Positions 12,611 through 24,684 of a DNA stretch of 64,000 bases are shown here, piece after piece; the stretch's first letter is position 1, and each line of letters opens with the position of its first letter. A model generated the notes under the pieces. That model was given only the letters and a program-made list of their open reading frames with translations. It had not been told where the DNA came from and ran no database searches. The DNA comes from Xylographa opegraphella (Eukaryota), in NCBI GenBank assembly GCA_022813865.1, contig JALDZX010000055.1:1-64000 (forward strand), written 5' to 3'. The position numbers were made by a program, and so were the translations under genes.

Positions 12611-12847
12611 TCACGCCCCCCCCTCCCGCTTCGCATACTCCTCCTCCATCCTCTCCTCGTACAGCTTGTCCGCCGCCCGCTCCACCTCCGACTTGGCATG
12701 CTGCGCCGCCGAGCTGCCGCTCGCGGCGCCCGCGTCCGGTACCGAGGCCGAGGCGCGCTGTACGGTGGACCTGGCGTCCTCGTTGGCTTGCGCGTCGAAG
12801 GTCGCGGACGCGGATGGCGTTTCGAGCGTCTGGAGTGGTTGGGGCAT
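12611..12847 (-). CDS. Small conserved hypothetical protein (78 aa)
   Basis: ATG in good context (caaaATG). C-terminus ADKLYEERMEEEYAKREGGA is a motif I recall from small Pezizomycotina hypothetical proteins. Confidence 0.75.
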   Translation of the reverse strand: MPQPLQTLETPSASATFDAQANEDARSTVQRASASVPDAGAASGSSAAQHAKSEVERAADKLYEERMEEEYAKREGGA

Positions 12848-13844
12848 TTTGTTTGTGGTTGTTTGGGAGTGGGGTTGGGGGTGGGGGTGGGGTTTGTCGT
12901 GAGGGTTATGGGGGCGTCAGGAGTTTTTTTGGTTTGGTGGGCTGTGGAGGCCGTTGGTGGGGAGGGTTGGCGATGGATGAGGGACGTCATTGCCGGGATG
13001 GGTTATTAAGGTACGTGGTGGGATGGTGGGTTGGCGCTGACTAGTTAGGGAGAAGCTTGTTTGTTGACGTTGGCGGTTTCATGCACAAAGTAAGGTAGGT
13101 ATGTACCACAGTACGTACAGTACGTTGGTTTCTGAAGGCGAGTTAATTGATACTTGCGTACTTACATATTAGCCTACAGTCTCGGAGTAACCGCACGTCC
13201 CTAGGATAGGCAGTAGTATCCATAATTCACTTTTCTTCCGAACAATGGATTGTCAATCGATGTAAAAGCTCGGTTGGAACAACCTGCAATTCCAGCTATG
13301 CTATGCTATGCGATGATGGATTGGTAATCAAAGATCTTGGCATCAATATTGCCTTTCGCTGTGTTTTCTACATATCGTTCCACTTCTCCTTTCTAATAAC
13401 CTCAAAAACGCCCAATGTATTTTGTGTTCTCAAATCCATTGGATGTCTTGGGGGCCGATATGTTGGCTGAAGTCGCGCTTTCGACTTCGCCGCATCAGTA
13501 ATACAACTCTTGAAGGCTTCCTCTTCGCCAGTATACAGATTTATCAGCATACTTGCAGCTGGAATTTCTGTTTGTTCACCTTTGGGAAGTGATGTTTGTG
13601 ATATATTGCGCTTATGACCACAGGATAACTGTGCTATCTTGTTTTGATTGTCAAATTTTCATACTTGTCCATTCAAAAAGGCATTACAGTACTCTGGTAG
13701 TACCCAGTTTTAGTAGCCTTGAACTTATTCAGCGTATTTCTTTCGACAACCTTTTCCAATTTGCCTGACGTCCTATGTAACGCTCCGCATGAGAGACTTG
13801 CTTCATCCTGGACTCTACTTTACTGACCAAGACCCACCGCAACA

Positions 13845-15501
13845 ATGCAGTTCGAGGTTCGCAAGATCACCCGGCAGGCGAAGACATTCTCTGACTATTG
13901 GTAGATTCTCGCAAGTTTGTTATTCCTGGTCCGACTGTCTCTAGCAAGCACTGTGCTAGAACATCAAGGAAACCTAGAAAACAGTGCTATCCTCGAAAGA
14001 ACATTTCCCAACCTGCAGTATCTTAGAGATGATGGGTCTCGTCGTCCTGGAGAGCAGATCCTAGAGCAACGAGCTACAGCGCTTCTCGGTGTGGGTGCGA
14101 GACCCAGAATTTATCAAAAACGCCCTCCTATATGGGCCCGAGATCCTGATGAACTTGACTGGAGGATCCATCGGAGGACGAAAAGGAACATCCTTAGTCT
14201 AAGAACGCCAAAAAAGAAGGCCGCAACGACCCCAGCGGCTCCAGCTGCCCCAGCGGCACCTCCAGCGCCAAGCAAGAAGGAGGCCAAGAAAATCAAATCT
14301 GCTGCTAAGTTGCTGAATAGTGACGCCCAGAAGGAACTAAAGAAACAGAATAAAGACGAGCAGCACGCAGTCAAGAATCTTCAGAAGATCCAGGATAAGG
14401 CCACAAAAGCGACCGCGAAGACGACTGCTAAGAACGCGAAGAACGAAGGCAAGGCAGCAGCGAGTTTGCAAAAGGATCAAGCTGCACTCCAGAAGGCCTC
14501 TACGATTCCGCCGGGGAAATCAGGTGCCAAAGCTGCGGCAAAGGCACAGGCAGCGTTGGACAAGGCCAAGGCTGGGCTGGTGAAGACTCAACAAAGCGGG
14601 GCAAATGCCATGCAGAAGATAAACGCTGGCGAGAACAAGGCGCTGGACAAGAATGCGGCTAAACTCGATAAGGGGATACAGAAGGCGCACAGTGCTCAGT
14701 TCAACAAGGACGGAGTGGCCAAAGTGCACCCCACAACGTGGCAGAAGTTCAAGAAGGTCATGGGCTACATTGGCACTGGGATACTTGATGTTATACCCGG
14801 CACTGAAGAAGTGGGAGCGGCATTGACCATCGCGCGTACGGCTGCTACTGTCGGAGCAAAGGTAACCTAAGCCCTTAGCGATTCCTCCGAACGAGAACTG
14901 ACATTCACTGCAGGTAGCTGCTAAGGCAGCAGTCAAGGACGCCGCAAAAGAGGGAGTCAAGGTAGCTAAGGAGCAGGGTAAAGATGGAGTGGAGAACGCC
15001 CTCAGCGGGCCGAAGCCGGTCAACCCCGTGACGGCGGCGAAGACTGAAACTGAGGCGCAGAAGGCCCATGCCCAAGCCAATGCTGACAATCTGAAGGCAC
15101 AGTACCAGCAAGCTGCTTCCCACGTCCAACATCCCGCAGCGACACGGAAGTTTAAACGTGATTACAACCTGGCAGATCACTACAGAGTGGCAATGGTTGA
15201 ACGCGATGCTAAGAAAGCGGCCGCGGATACAAAAGCTGATAATATCAGAGCATATTATCAGAATGCCGCCGCGGATGCTCAGCAAGCCGTATTACAGAAG
15301 GCAAAGCGTCATGTCCTAACGGACAGTGGGTATGATGACGGAAAAGGCACTGATAAGATGGATCACAATATCGTGGTGCGTGATCCAACCAAAAAGCCCT
15401 TCGTCCCCTATGTACCGTGGCTCAGCGGGTTCCAACACCCGCACGACGTCCACACCAGGCGAGCCGCAAAGACTACCAGAATCCCGCCCTCCCAAGGGTG
15501 A
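13845..15501 (+). CDS. Secreted Lys/Ala-rich precursor with multiple Kex2-type sites, 3 exons
   Basis: Exons 13845-13856, 13905-14861 and 14914-15501 join in frame. Signal peptide MQFEILASLLFLVRLSLA; dibasic sites QKR, RRTKR, FKR, AKR. Confidence 0.75.
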
Positions 15502-16496
15502 AGCATCGCCCAGCAAGGGCCAAGCATCATGTTCCGTCTGAAAGGAATGTAGAATGCTCCCCGAACCTGATCTGCGAACCTCAACGAGCATGACTAGGCC
15601 GGGTCCTTCGGGCCATCAACACAGGATGGGTAATATTCATCGCGGCTGGACCGTTGCAGAATCTTGATTTTGTGGAGCACGCTGGTATTGTGCATCTACC
15701 GGCAGTACTTGGATGTGCGTTGATACATAGCAAGCTATTCTCCTTTATCCCGCTCTTCGGCCTTCCAGTCTGTTTGAACCGAAGCAGTGACAGGAAAGAA
15801 ACGAGAATTAGAACTTCACTATCCGGGCACACATGTACAGTAGGAGATTCCTAACTTCTCACACACATCTTCAGTTGTCTTTTCCAAACAGCTTAGATTT
15901 CTATATACGTGGGATTTTATTACTGTTCCTGCTATATATTGTTGGCTCCAGCAATGCCACACGTTTGCTTTACCCCGCTAGGGTGCTTCGTCTTCTCGTC
16001 AAGGATCCGTGTCCTGACATACCCGCCTTCCGTTACACCATCCCACACCTGCACCTTCTTTTACTACCTCTGTTAGGTAGAACAATGGCGATGGAGAAGG
16101 GCGCGAGGGGCGACTCGTACAGCTGGAGCTAGGTAGCTTACTCCTAACTGGCTAGGAGGATACTTGGTTGGTGTCCTTGGCATGGCATTAGTGTTTGTTT
16201 TTGATTTATTTTCCAGGATTCTCGGGCTTGGATGGGCAGCACTGTGGAGGTGGGCTGTCATTTATCCTTAGTGACCAATATTATTGATAGCCTACTTTTC
16301 TGTGCCACACATAGTATGACCGTACGGAAACGCATGTGAGCTAGTTCTAGCTACTGTAGCAGCAGCGGACAAGTAGTAGTGATTACAAGTGTTCTGCGTA
16401 GGGAACTCCGTCCCGGAAGCCACAATACATCCAGAGCCTCAATGCTATGGACTCCGCTGCAACATACACACCTAAAACTCTAGAGCACGTAAGCTC

Positions 16497-18060
16497 TTAA
16501 TCGTCCTCCTCATCATCCACCACCCGCCTCCTCTTCGTTCTTCCCCCAGCAGCATCATCCTTGTCACCCTTCGGATCTCTCTTCTTCGACTTAGGCTCCG
16601 CCTCATCGTCGTCAGCCATCTCCTCCTCCTCTTCGCTATCATCAGGCACAAGCTCTGGTTCCTCGTCACTGCCCACCAGGAACCCATCGTCTTCATCGTA
16701 TTCGTCTTCGCGTGTACGACCCCTGTTGCGGAAGTCGTCCTCATCGTCGCTGTACTCGCTATTTCTGCGCCGAGGCTTCCTCGCTGGCTTGGCACGCGGC
16801 CGTGCCGTGGTAGCACCATCCTCGTCTTCGAGGCCTCCGACCGTCAGACCCGCACCGGAACCTCCATAGCGGAGACTGGACCGGCCAAGGACACGGTTCG
16901 CTCGGTCGCGCTCCTTCTCTTCTTGGTTCTGGCGGCGCCGTTGGGCACGTAGCTTTTCGCGCTCTGCTTGCTCGGCTCGTTTCTTGGCCAGTTCTGGGTC
17001 TTCTGAGATGTTAATAACTCCAAGTCCACCATCTGGAGCGTTCTTGTTGCCTTTTACGGCTGCAGCCATTGACTCTTGAAGTCGTATGAGGGCATCGTCA
17101 TTCTGCTCAGAGTTTGTTTGAACAGTAAGAGAGTGAGTGATGTGATTCGTGAATTGCGCAATGGATGTTGCTTGGTGAACGGAGGCAAGATAAGTATGTG
17201 AATCCATGCGAGCATCGTAAGAAGTCCCCTTGACCGGCGCAAGGGGTTTCGACGGTAATTCGTACTGTTCCATCGGATTCGACGCGATTTGTAGTGTAAA
17301 TGAGCCATCGGACCATTCTATGATGCGAGAATTGGATTGCAAAACATTTGGATCTTTAGGAGATCGTCGCCAACGAATTGTAGTTCTTGCGGTTTGAGCT
17401 GCGGAGAAGGTAGAGGATGGAGGACCTTGAGAGTGATGATCGGTTCGAGGAGGCTGGAAGGTGTTGAAGGAGAAAGCCTTGGGATCAAGACCTACAAAGT
17501 GCGGTAACTTGAGGAGATAGGTCTATGTCCAAACTATTAGTTATGGATGGGAGATGAGAGGACGTCGATAATACAAACCTCGCCATCAGTGCTGCGGGGA
17601 TGACCGTGTCTCCCAATTGAGAAATCGGCCACTTGAACAGACTTCTGTGTTTCCATCTCTTCTTCCCCAGAGCCTCCCCCATCTTCTTCCATTCGATCAT
17701 TACGATCCTCGTCGTCCCCCGAGTCAAGTTCCTCGTCGTCAAGCTTACGTTTCGTGCCCTGTGGAGACCTAACAGAATTAAAAACTTGGAAAAGCCATTG
17801 ATAGCGAAGAATACTGACTGTACATCGCCTTCATCCTCGGAGCCAGAGCCGAATAGTCCTCCCCTATCGTCCTCGTCTTCCAGACCTCCTGCTGTAGCTC
17901 TCGCTGTACTGCTCATGATGGCTGTGTGATCTGGCAAATCATAGCTATCACCATCGGCAAAGTCTTTGGTTTCGGTACTATCCATAATATCGTCTGCAGT
18001 AGGATTGATATTGCGAGCGTCTTCTTCAACCTTGAGCTCGTCGACTGGGAACTCCGCCAT
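16497..18060 (-). CDS. LEO1: Paf1 complex subunit Leo1, 3 exons
   Basis: GGLFGSGSEDE, KRKLDDEELDSGDDEDR, IRWRRSP...LQSNSRIIEWSDGSFTLQIAS, DPELAKKRAEQAEREK, acidic tail; introns near 17.82-17.77 kb and 17.58-17.52 kb. Confidence 0.9.
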
Positions 18061-18553
18061 AGAAGATTGCTTGGAGCTGTGCTTGAATCGTGAAGCTCAA
18101 TCCAAGCCTCCAGGTAGAAGTCTTTTCCTCACGCGACTTCCTGACCGTGCACAGCGCAGTAGAAGAGTTCACAGCTCAAGAACACTGCTGTAAGAGTCAC
18201 CTGTGCAGTCAGCAGCCTTGTTAGTGAAGCTGCTGGGTCGACCACACGAGAGGGATTCTTGGTACCTGACGGAACACCGGCTTGATAGTCCGAACTCCCT
18301 CTAAGCGCGTCTACGGCGGCTACAGCACCACAGCTAGTGATAGACGCCTGGTACCTTCCCGCACATCTAGATCTCGCCGTAGACTTCTTTCTTTCTTCTT
18401 CACCTTTCACCTCACTGTCAGACACTGCAACCTGCCACATCTCGCTGCCCCAACAACCTGACTTTTTCTGCACTCTTATCTTCTGAAAGCACATAATCAT
18501 CCATCTACTCACTTGATAAGAGAACAGCATCGTAAAGCCCAGATTTCACAGAC

Positions 18554-20122
18554 ATGGCAGCTTTCCTTCAGAGCGTGTGAGTAAATATGATTTTCCTACG
18601 ATTCCAGCTTTGAATTCTGGTAAGTTGAGCGGTAGCTTGGCGTTTTCCGGAAGACTCTATGCGTGTCTTAGCTGTTCTAGCTTTGTTTTGAACGTCGCAA
18701 TCGCACTGAAAATTTTGTGATCGTCCGAGTTTTGCAGCTTCTTCCCTCCGACCTCTGTCCAACACCACCAGAACCCACTCTTATATAGCACTCCTGCAAC
18801 ATGACAACATTTTCTGTTGCGTATATATGATCTGTTTTTTTATATATATGATTTGTTTTTTTATATTTGATCTGTTTTTTTATATGAGTATGAAGCCTAC
18901 CTCGATATTCGAGATGGACAGTAGTGAACAACCTGCTGTCCAATTTCTACAACTTGATGCTGTAAGAAAGCTGACTTCAATTTTCACAGTCGCAGCTTCG
19001 GAAACAGAACGAACAAGGGAACCGGCCCAGCGCCGGGCAACCAGCAGAAAGGAAGCGGCTCCACAACCTCCTCTCCCACCACGGCATCTCCTGCCACCTT
19101 CAACCCGCCCACCTACCCCACCTCTTCCACCCCGACCCACCTCTCCTCCACCATGAACACCGACAACACCTTCATGGAGCCGCAACTGGAGCCGGAAGCC
19201 CCGAAGTTCTTCTTCCGTGAGAAGTTCGCCAAGCTGGGCGTCAAAGGCAACTTTATGCCTCTAGCAGCGCAGCCAAAGAACGTGGACCTCGGCGATTGGC
19301 TGGCATCCCAATGTGAGAGCGTACCCGAACTTCACTTACACAGCAAGCTGACCAAACCACAAGGCCACGAGCAATGGCGGGTCCTCGAAAAGCTGCTAGA
19401 GTGTATTAAAGAAGTCGACACCACCACCGGCGAACCTCTCTGCAACCGACGCGACTGTCCTGTCATGTCTGCTGGCCGGTAAGCCTCAATCTGCCAAGCC
19501 ACAACTTAACACTTCCCCCACTATCAGCCCACTAACACTCCTTAGCGCGCACACCTACACCTGGCTGAACCGCAACAAGGACCCGATCAAAGTCTCCGCA
19601 CCTGACTACATCGGCATGGTTCAGCGCTGGATCTGTGGCAAACTTACCAACACGGACGTCTTCCCTACAGACGCCGTCGCCAGCGCGCCAGCAGACTACT
19701 TCGCCAGCGGACTCAACACTCCCACCGCCACGACACCCATCCCCGCCGGTCCCACTGCATCTACCGCACCACTGAGCACGCTCGCAGGTCACGAGTGGGT
19801 CGGCAAGAGCACTGGCTTCCCAGAATCCTTCTTCAACGACTGCAAGACAATCTTCCGGCAGATGTTCCGGTTATACGCGCATATCTACCACTCCCACTGG
19901 CTCGACCCATTCTACCACATCCAATCCCAGAACCCCCCCTCCAGCGGTTGGACCGACCTCAACAGTTGCTTCGTCCACTTCGTCACCGTCTCCAAGCTCT
20001 TCGGCCTCCTGTCCGACCGCGACATGGAGCCGATGCAGCCGCTCGTTGACCTCTGGATCACCAACGGGAGCATCCCCGCCGAGGCCGCCGCGGGGGCGTG
20101 CGTCATCGTGCCACATCAATGA
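18554..20122 (+). CDS. MOB1/phocein-family kinase activator (Mob2-like), 4 exons
   Basis: Exons 18554-18576, 18990-19312, 19364-19478, 19546-20122 are in frame. Motifs VKGNFMPLAAQPKNVDLGDWLA, CPVMSAG, YTWL, APDYI, FPTD, GFP, IFRQMFRLYAHIYHSH, LNSCFVHF. Confidence 0.88.
18824..18887 (+). repeat. AT-rich tandem repeat (~3 x ATATGATCTGTTTTTTTAT) inside MOB intron 1
   Basis: tatatgatctgtttttttata / tatatgatttgtttttttata / tttgatctgtttttttatatga. Confidence 0.8.
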
Positions 20123-20721
20123 GGGCGTGAGACATTTCTTCCGGGCTTGGTTAGACAGATACGCGGGCTGGTTACGGTGTTGGGATTTCTTCAGGAGTGT
20201 GGGTCGTGAGAATACAGGCCGGGGTGGTCTGATCGACGGCGGAGTCTGCATTTGGACCAGCATATTTAGAGCATGGGCGGGGAGCGAAAATTTGCATGGT
20301 GGTGTGGATGGAGCATTTTCGAGCTGCCTATTGGCACTGACTGGCTGGGAGAGAGAATGGTCCCCGAGGCCTACGGGCGTTTTTCCGACGATTGCTGGTG
20401 TGCTTTATCTGACGAGTGTTCGTGGACTTTACTTAGCGAGTGTTGATGGACTATGGACTTCATCCAAGGAGTGTTGGTGGACTTGATCCAACGAGTGTCT
20501 GCGGACCTTTATCTAACGAGTGTTGATTTGCTTTACATGAAGCGAAGAGGAATGTTAATCTTTACTACGCCACTATTTGATCATGCTGTGAATGAAAATG
20601 CAGACCACTGTGCTTGTTGCGTGAAATCTATGCATGTTACGCTCATCCTTGACGACCATTCCATCCCCCCCATGCGTATAAACACGGAAACAACCAATCC
20701 ACCAACCCGCACCACCACACG

Positions 20722-22469
20722 CTACCCCCCAACCCCCACACTCACCGCCCTCCTCCTCCTCCTCCTCCCCCCCACCCCTCCCCCCACCCCCACCCCCTCC
20801 ACCACCCCCCCCCTCCCCCTCCTCACAAGCTGATACCCCCGATCCAACTCCACCTCCACCGCACACCTAACCTTCAACGCGCCCACAACAGGCCACACGG
20901 CCCTCTCGCCCCTCCTCACCCAATAGCCGCTCCCCTCGCACGACGGCGGGCTGAGCAGGACACACAGATCGCGCAGCGCAAAGGGCGGCACGAGCGTGAT
21001 GCCCGGGCCGGGCAGCACCACGGCCGCGAGCAGGGTGGCGGGCAGCAGGCCGCAGGCGGCGGCTTGGCGCAGGCGGTGGGCGAGCTCGAACGCGAGGAGG
21101 CGCGTGGGGGTTGTGGGGGTGGGGGGAAGGGAGAGGGAGGGGTGCGTGGTTGAGAGGAGGAAGTGGTTTACGTTGAAGAGCTCCGCTGTGCGGGCGAGGG
21201 GGAGCGTGGGTGAGGGAGGGGGGGTGGGGGGGGAGGGTAAGGGGTGGATGGTGCCGGTTTCGTCTTTGCAGTAGAGGAGGAGGGGCGTGGGCGGCGTGGT
21301 GGAGGAGGCGAGGGCGGCGGAGTAGATGAGCTGTTGGAGAGGAAGGGGGGGTTAGTGGTGTGGGAAGAGAGGAAGGGGGGGGGACGGACCACGTTGGGGG
21401 CGGTGAGGTAGTTGAGCAGGTTGGGCACGCCGCCGCGGCCGGAGGTGGCGACCGTGATGTTGAGCACGCGCTTCGTGCGCGCGTACGCCTCCTCGAACGT
21501 GAGCTCGCCGACGTGCGCGCGCACGCACGCCTCCAGCAAGTCGCCGTCGAGGAAGTGGCCCTCCTGGACGTAGCGCCGCGTGCGCCGCAGCAGGTCCTGG
21601 AGGATACCGGTCCGCCGGTCCAGCGGTACTAGGGCCTTTTCGTCCGAGGCCGCGCTCGAGCCGTCGGCGTGCAGGGGGCGCGCGAAGGCGGCGAGGTCGA
21701 TGCCGTCGCCGTTGAGGAAGGCCAGCAGCTCGTCCTCGGTGTGGACGCCCACGAGCGCGGCGATCAGTGCTCCGCTGGCGGTGCCGGTGATGATCCTCGG
21801 CAGCAGGCCGCGCAGGTGGAGCGCCTTGACGACGCCCAGATGGCACAGGCCGAAGACAGCACCGCCCTGCAGCACGAGGGTCGAGCGCCCGAACGCCTGG
21901 CGCGTGTCGTGCAGCAGGTCCAGCTTGGCCTGCGACGTGAGCCCGCCCTCGTGGCTCTGCGCCGGCGGCAGCGCGGTCACGTATTCGATCGCCAGCGCCA
22001 CCTGAGTGATGTAGTCCTCGATCAGCAGCTTCGTGCCGGCGCAGGCACGGTTGAAGAGCCGCGGCGCCGTGATGTTGCCCAGGTTGCGCACCAGGCCCGA
22101 GCGCAGCAGGCTCACGAGCCCGAGGATATCCTCATCTTCTCGCGCGACGATGATGGCTTGCAGCCGCTCGTAAATGAGGCGGAAGTCGTAGATCTTGCTC
22201 GTCGCGTTCTGCCGCCACAGGTCGGCGCCGTCGAGCTCGTCGAGGCGGTAGGCAACCTCTTCCCATTCTTCAAAGGACTGCGCCGCTGCTAGTTCGTCGA
22301 GGAGGACTTCTCGAGGTTTCTTGCGGTTCCACCAGCCGTAGGCTTTCTAGGAGCTCAGACAGGTGTCGTTAGTCAATTGAGCTTACGGGTGAAGTATAGC
22401 AGCAGCCCGACTCACGTTTCGCCAGAAGCCGCCGACTTCAGCGGCCACGCCGTAAGCTGCGGAGAACAT
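20722..22469 (-). CDS. Patatin-like triacylglycerol lipase, Tgl3-like (DUF3336 + patatin), 3 exons
   Basis: Exons 22469-22416, 22346-21390, 21330-20722. Motifs LLRSGLVRNLGNI, GTKLLIEDY, TRQAFGRSTLVLQGGAVFGLCHLG, LLPRIITG, LTFEEAYARTKRVLNITV, LLNYLTAPNVLI, ELFNVNHF, GERAVWP. Confidence 0.88.
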
Positions 22470-23352
22470 TGAGCCAGACTTGATTGCGGATCCAGGAACG
22501 CTTCCATATTCTGTGTGGCTGGTAGCTTGAGCGGAGGTCCTGATGGACGGATATGCGCTAAACTGCTGGAGGTCGATTGCCTTCACATGCAAAGGCTCGC
22601 TTGGTTGAACGCTAGCTGCATTCGGGGAAAGCTCTACAGTTGCCCTACTCGTTACACACCTCATACTGTACATCTTGTACACAGCTATATCCAAAACCAC
22701 AAACAAAATATACCACAAGCTAAACACAGCCTAACACAAACCACCATCCACGAACAATACCACAGCATTCCACCAAACCCAAATGAACACCATCCTAGCA
22801 CGTGCAATTAACCAACGCAGACAGGCCCCTCCCTAACAGCCTACTTAAAATCAATGGTAACCCAACCAAGTAATCATACATTAAAATGCGGTTTGATGAA
22901 TATATACCATGACACGCGATGGCAGAAGAATTGGTCTTTTGTCCCTCACGAAATCACTTTGAAGAATCTGGCTATAGATTTCCATTTCCCAAAAGTACCT
23001 ATGCTACACTCCAACCCCCCACACAGATGCCACATCATAGAACCCCCTTCCCCCCCCCTCCCCCCCCGGCTCCCACAGCACGCAAAAACGCTCAAACGGC
23101 CCAACAGCGCCAACGCTCAAAAAGACGGACTCGAACCCAGAGGCACCAACCGAGTTAAACCCCCCCTTCCCTCCCCCTCCCCCTCCCCTAAGTGGCCAAC
23201 AGCCCATATCCATATCCAAGCTCCCCCAACACAGCCAAGCGGAATCCTAGAGAACCCAGCAGCAGCAGCAGCAGCTATAGCCCACTCAACCATCGCAGCG
23301 CAGCAGAGACGCGGGATATGGATGCCGCAAGTGTACCAGTCATCTCCCTCAC

Positions 23353-24684
23353 CTACCGCGCCTCAGACAACCTCCCTATCTCCTCCCCCCCTTCCTCCCC
23401 CCTCTCAAACACAAACCCCTCCCGGCCCGGAAACCGACTCTCCAACACCGGCAGCCTCAACGCCCAGTCCTCCAACTCCGTCGCCTGCGGGAGACAGACG
23501 CCCGCTTCACGGACGGGCGAGCGCGCGTTGAGCGCCGAGGAGAAGGGGGAGGGGGAGGTGAGTTCCTGGAGGACGAGCAGGGAGGAGGCGCTTGGGTGGG
23601 TGGAGAGGGGGTGTGGTGGAGGAGGAGGAGGAGGGGGTTTGGTGGTGGTTGTGGGGGAGCGGTGGGTGTTTGGTGTGCTTGCTGTGGTGGTCTGTGGAGG
23701 AGAGGGCATAGTGGAGGGTGAGGAGCGCAGGGGCGTGTTTTCAGCGGTTGGAAGCTGAATGATGTTGTGCGATGGGTCGTCTGCGACGAATGTGCCAGAC
23801 CGAGGAGCCTGTTCCCGCCGCACGGGGCTCCCCGCCTTCGCCTCTCTGTCATGAGGCTGGCCAAGTGGCCGCCCGCCAACCGCCTCTCGCACCTCGTCTC
23901 CCGCGATCCGCATCTCAACCTCCTCCTCCGCTGGCGCCCTCTCCCGCCGCCGGACCTTCTCCTCCAGCGCACGCTCGCCCACTTGCCGGCCCAGAGCGAG
24001 GGCCCGCCCGCTGCCGTGGCTGGCGCCGCTGACGCTCCGGCTGCGGGGCGTGCGCGCCTTGCCTTCCATGACCTTCGCGCTCGGTGGCGGCTGCAGCATC
24101 CAGCGCGTCTCGCTCTTGCGCGTGGGCTGCGTACTGACGACCGGGGGATGCAGGTCGTTGACGGCGGGGTTGCGGGCCGTGTAGTAGGTCCCGGAGCCGC
24201 TGGTGCCGGTGGGGTTGATGCTCGGCATGCCTCCAGCCTCGAGGTCGAAACCCCATAGTATTTCGTCGGGGCGCTGATAGCGTCGTGTGTTCCAGCCTTG
24301 TTCGCTCGCGGCCTCCTGCACGGGCGACAGCCCATCCAGGCTCTCGACCACGAGCGTCGAGTCCGCGCTGCTGGCGCCGGCGCTGCTGCCGTACCCGCCC
24401 GTATTTAGTTCTCTCGTGCTCCCGTTCTTCGATTTGTTGTTGCGGTCGCCCTTCTTCGGTGGGGGACCGGGCCCCAGGACCATTTCCTCGCGCCAGTAGA
24501 TGTTCGTGCTGAAGGGTGAGGGGTGCTGGTAGAACTCCGGCGATACCTCCTCGATGGCCGCATGCTCGGCTTTCTCACGACGGTTTTGTTTCCGGCGCTT
24601 GCGCTGGTAGGCCAGCTTCGTGCACGGTGCGCAGGAGACGTAGTAGAAGATTGCGGACTGGAAGCCGCGCCAGAACCAGGACAT
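23353..24684 (-). CDS. Conserved fungal hypothetical protein
   Basis: Likely start MSWFWRGFQSAIFYYVSCAPC (ATG 24684, accATG). Motifs YQHPSPFSTNIYWREE..LGPGPP, WNTRRYQRPDEILWG, ARNPAVNDLHPPVVS, WMLQPPPSAKVMEGK. Confidence 0.8.
   Translation of the reverse strand: MSWFWRGFQSAIFYYVSCAPCTKLAYQRKRRKQNRREKAEHAAIEEVSPEFYQHPSPFSTNIYWREEMVLGPGPPPKKGDRNNKSKNGSTRELNTGGYGSSAGASSADSTLVVESLDGLSPVQEAASEQGWNTRRYQRPDEILWGFDLEAGGMPSINPTGTSGSGTYYTARNPAVNDLHPPVVSTQPTRKSETRWMLQPPPSAKVMEGKARTPRSRSVSGASHGSGRALALGRQVGERALEEKVRRRERAPAEEEVEMRIAGDEVREAVGGRPLGQPHDREAKAGSPVRREQAPRSGTFVADDPSHNIIQLPTAENTPLRSSPSTMPSPPQTTTASTPNTHRSPTTTTKPPPPPPPPHPLSTHPSASSLLVLQELTSPSPFSSALNARSPVREAGVCLPQATELEDWALRLPVLESRFPGREGFVFERGEEGGEEIGRLSEAR

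Noticed and set aside
22383..22727. Alternative upstream start MFSLWYILFVVLDIAV for the patatin gene
   Set aside because: Starts at GTG in GT-rich 3'-UTR-like sequence; ATG 22469 plus a canonical intron already gives a complete N-terminus.
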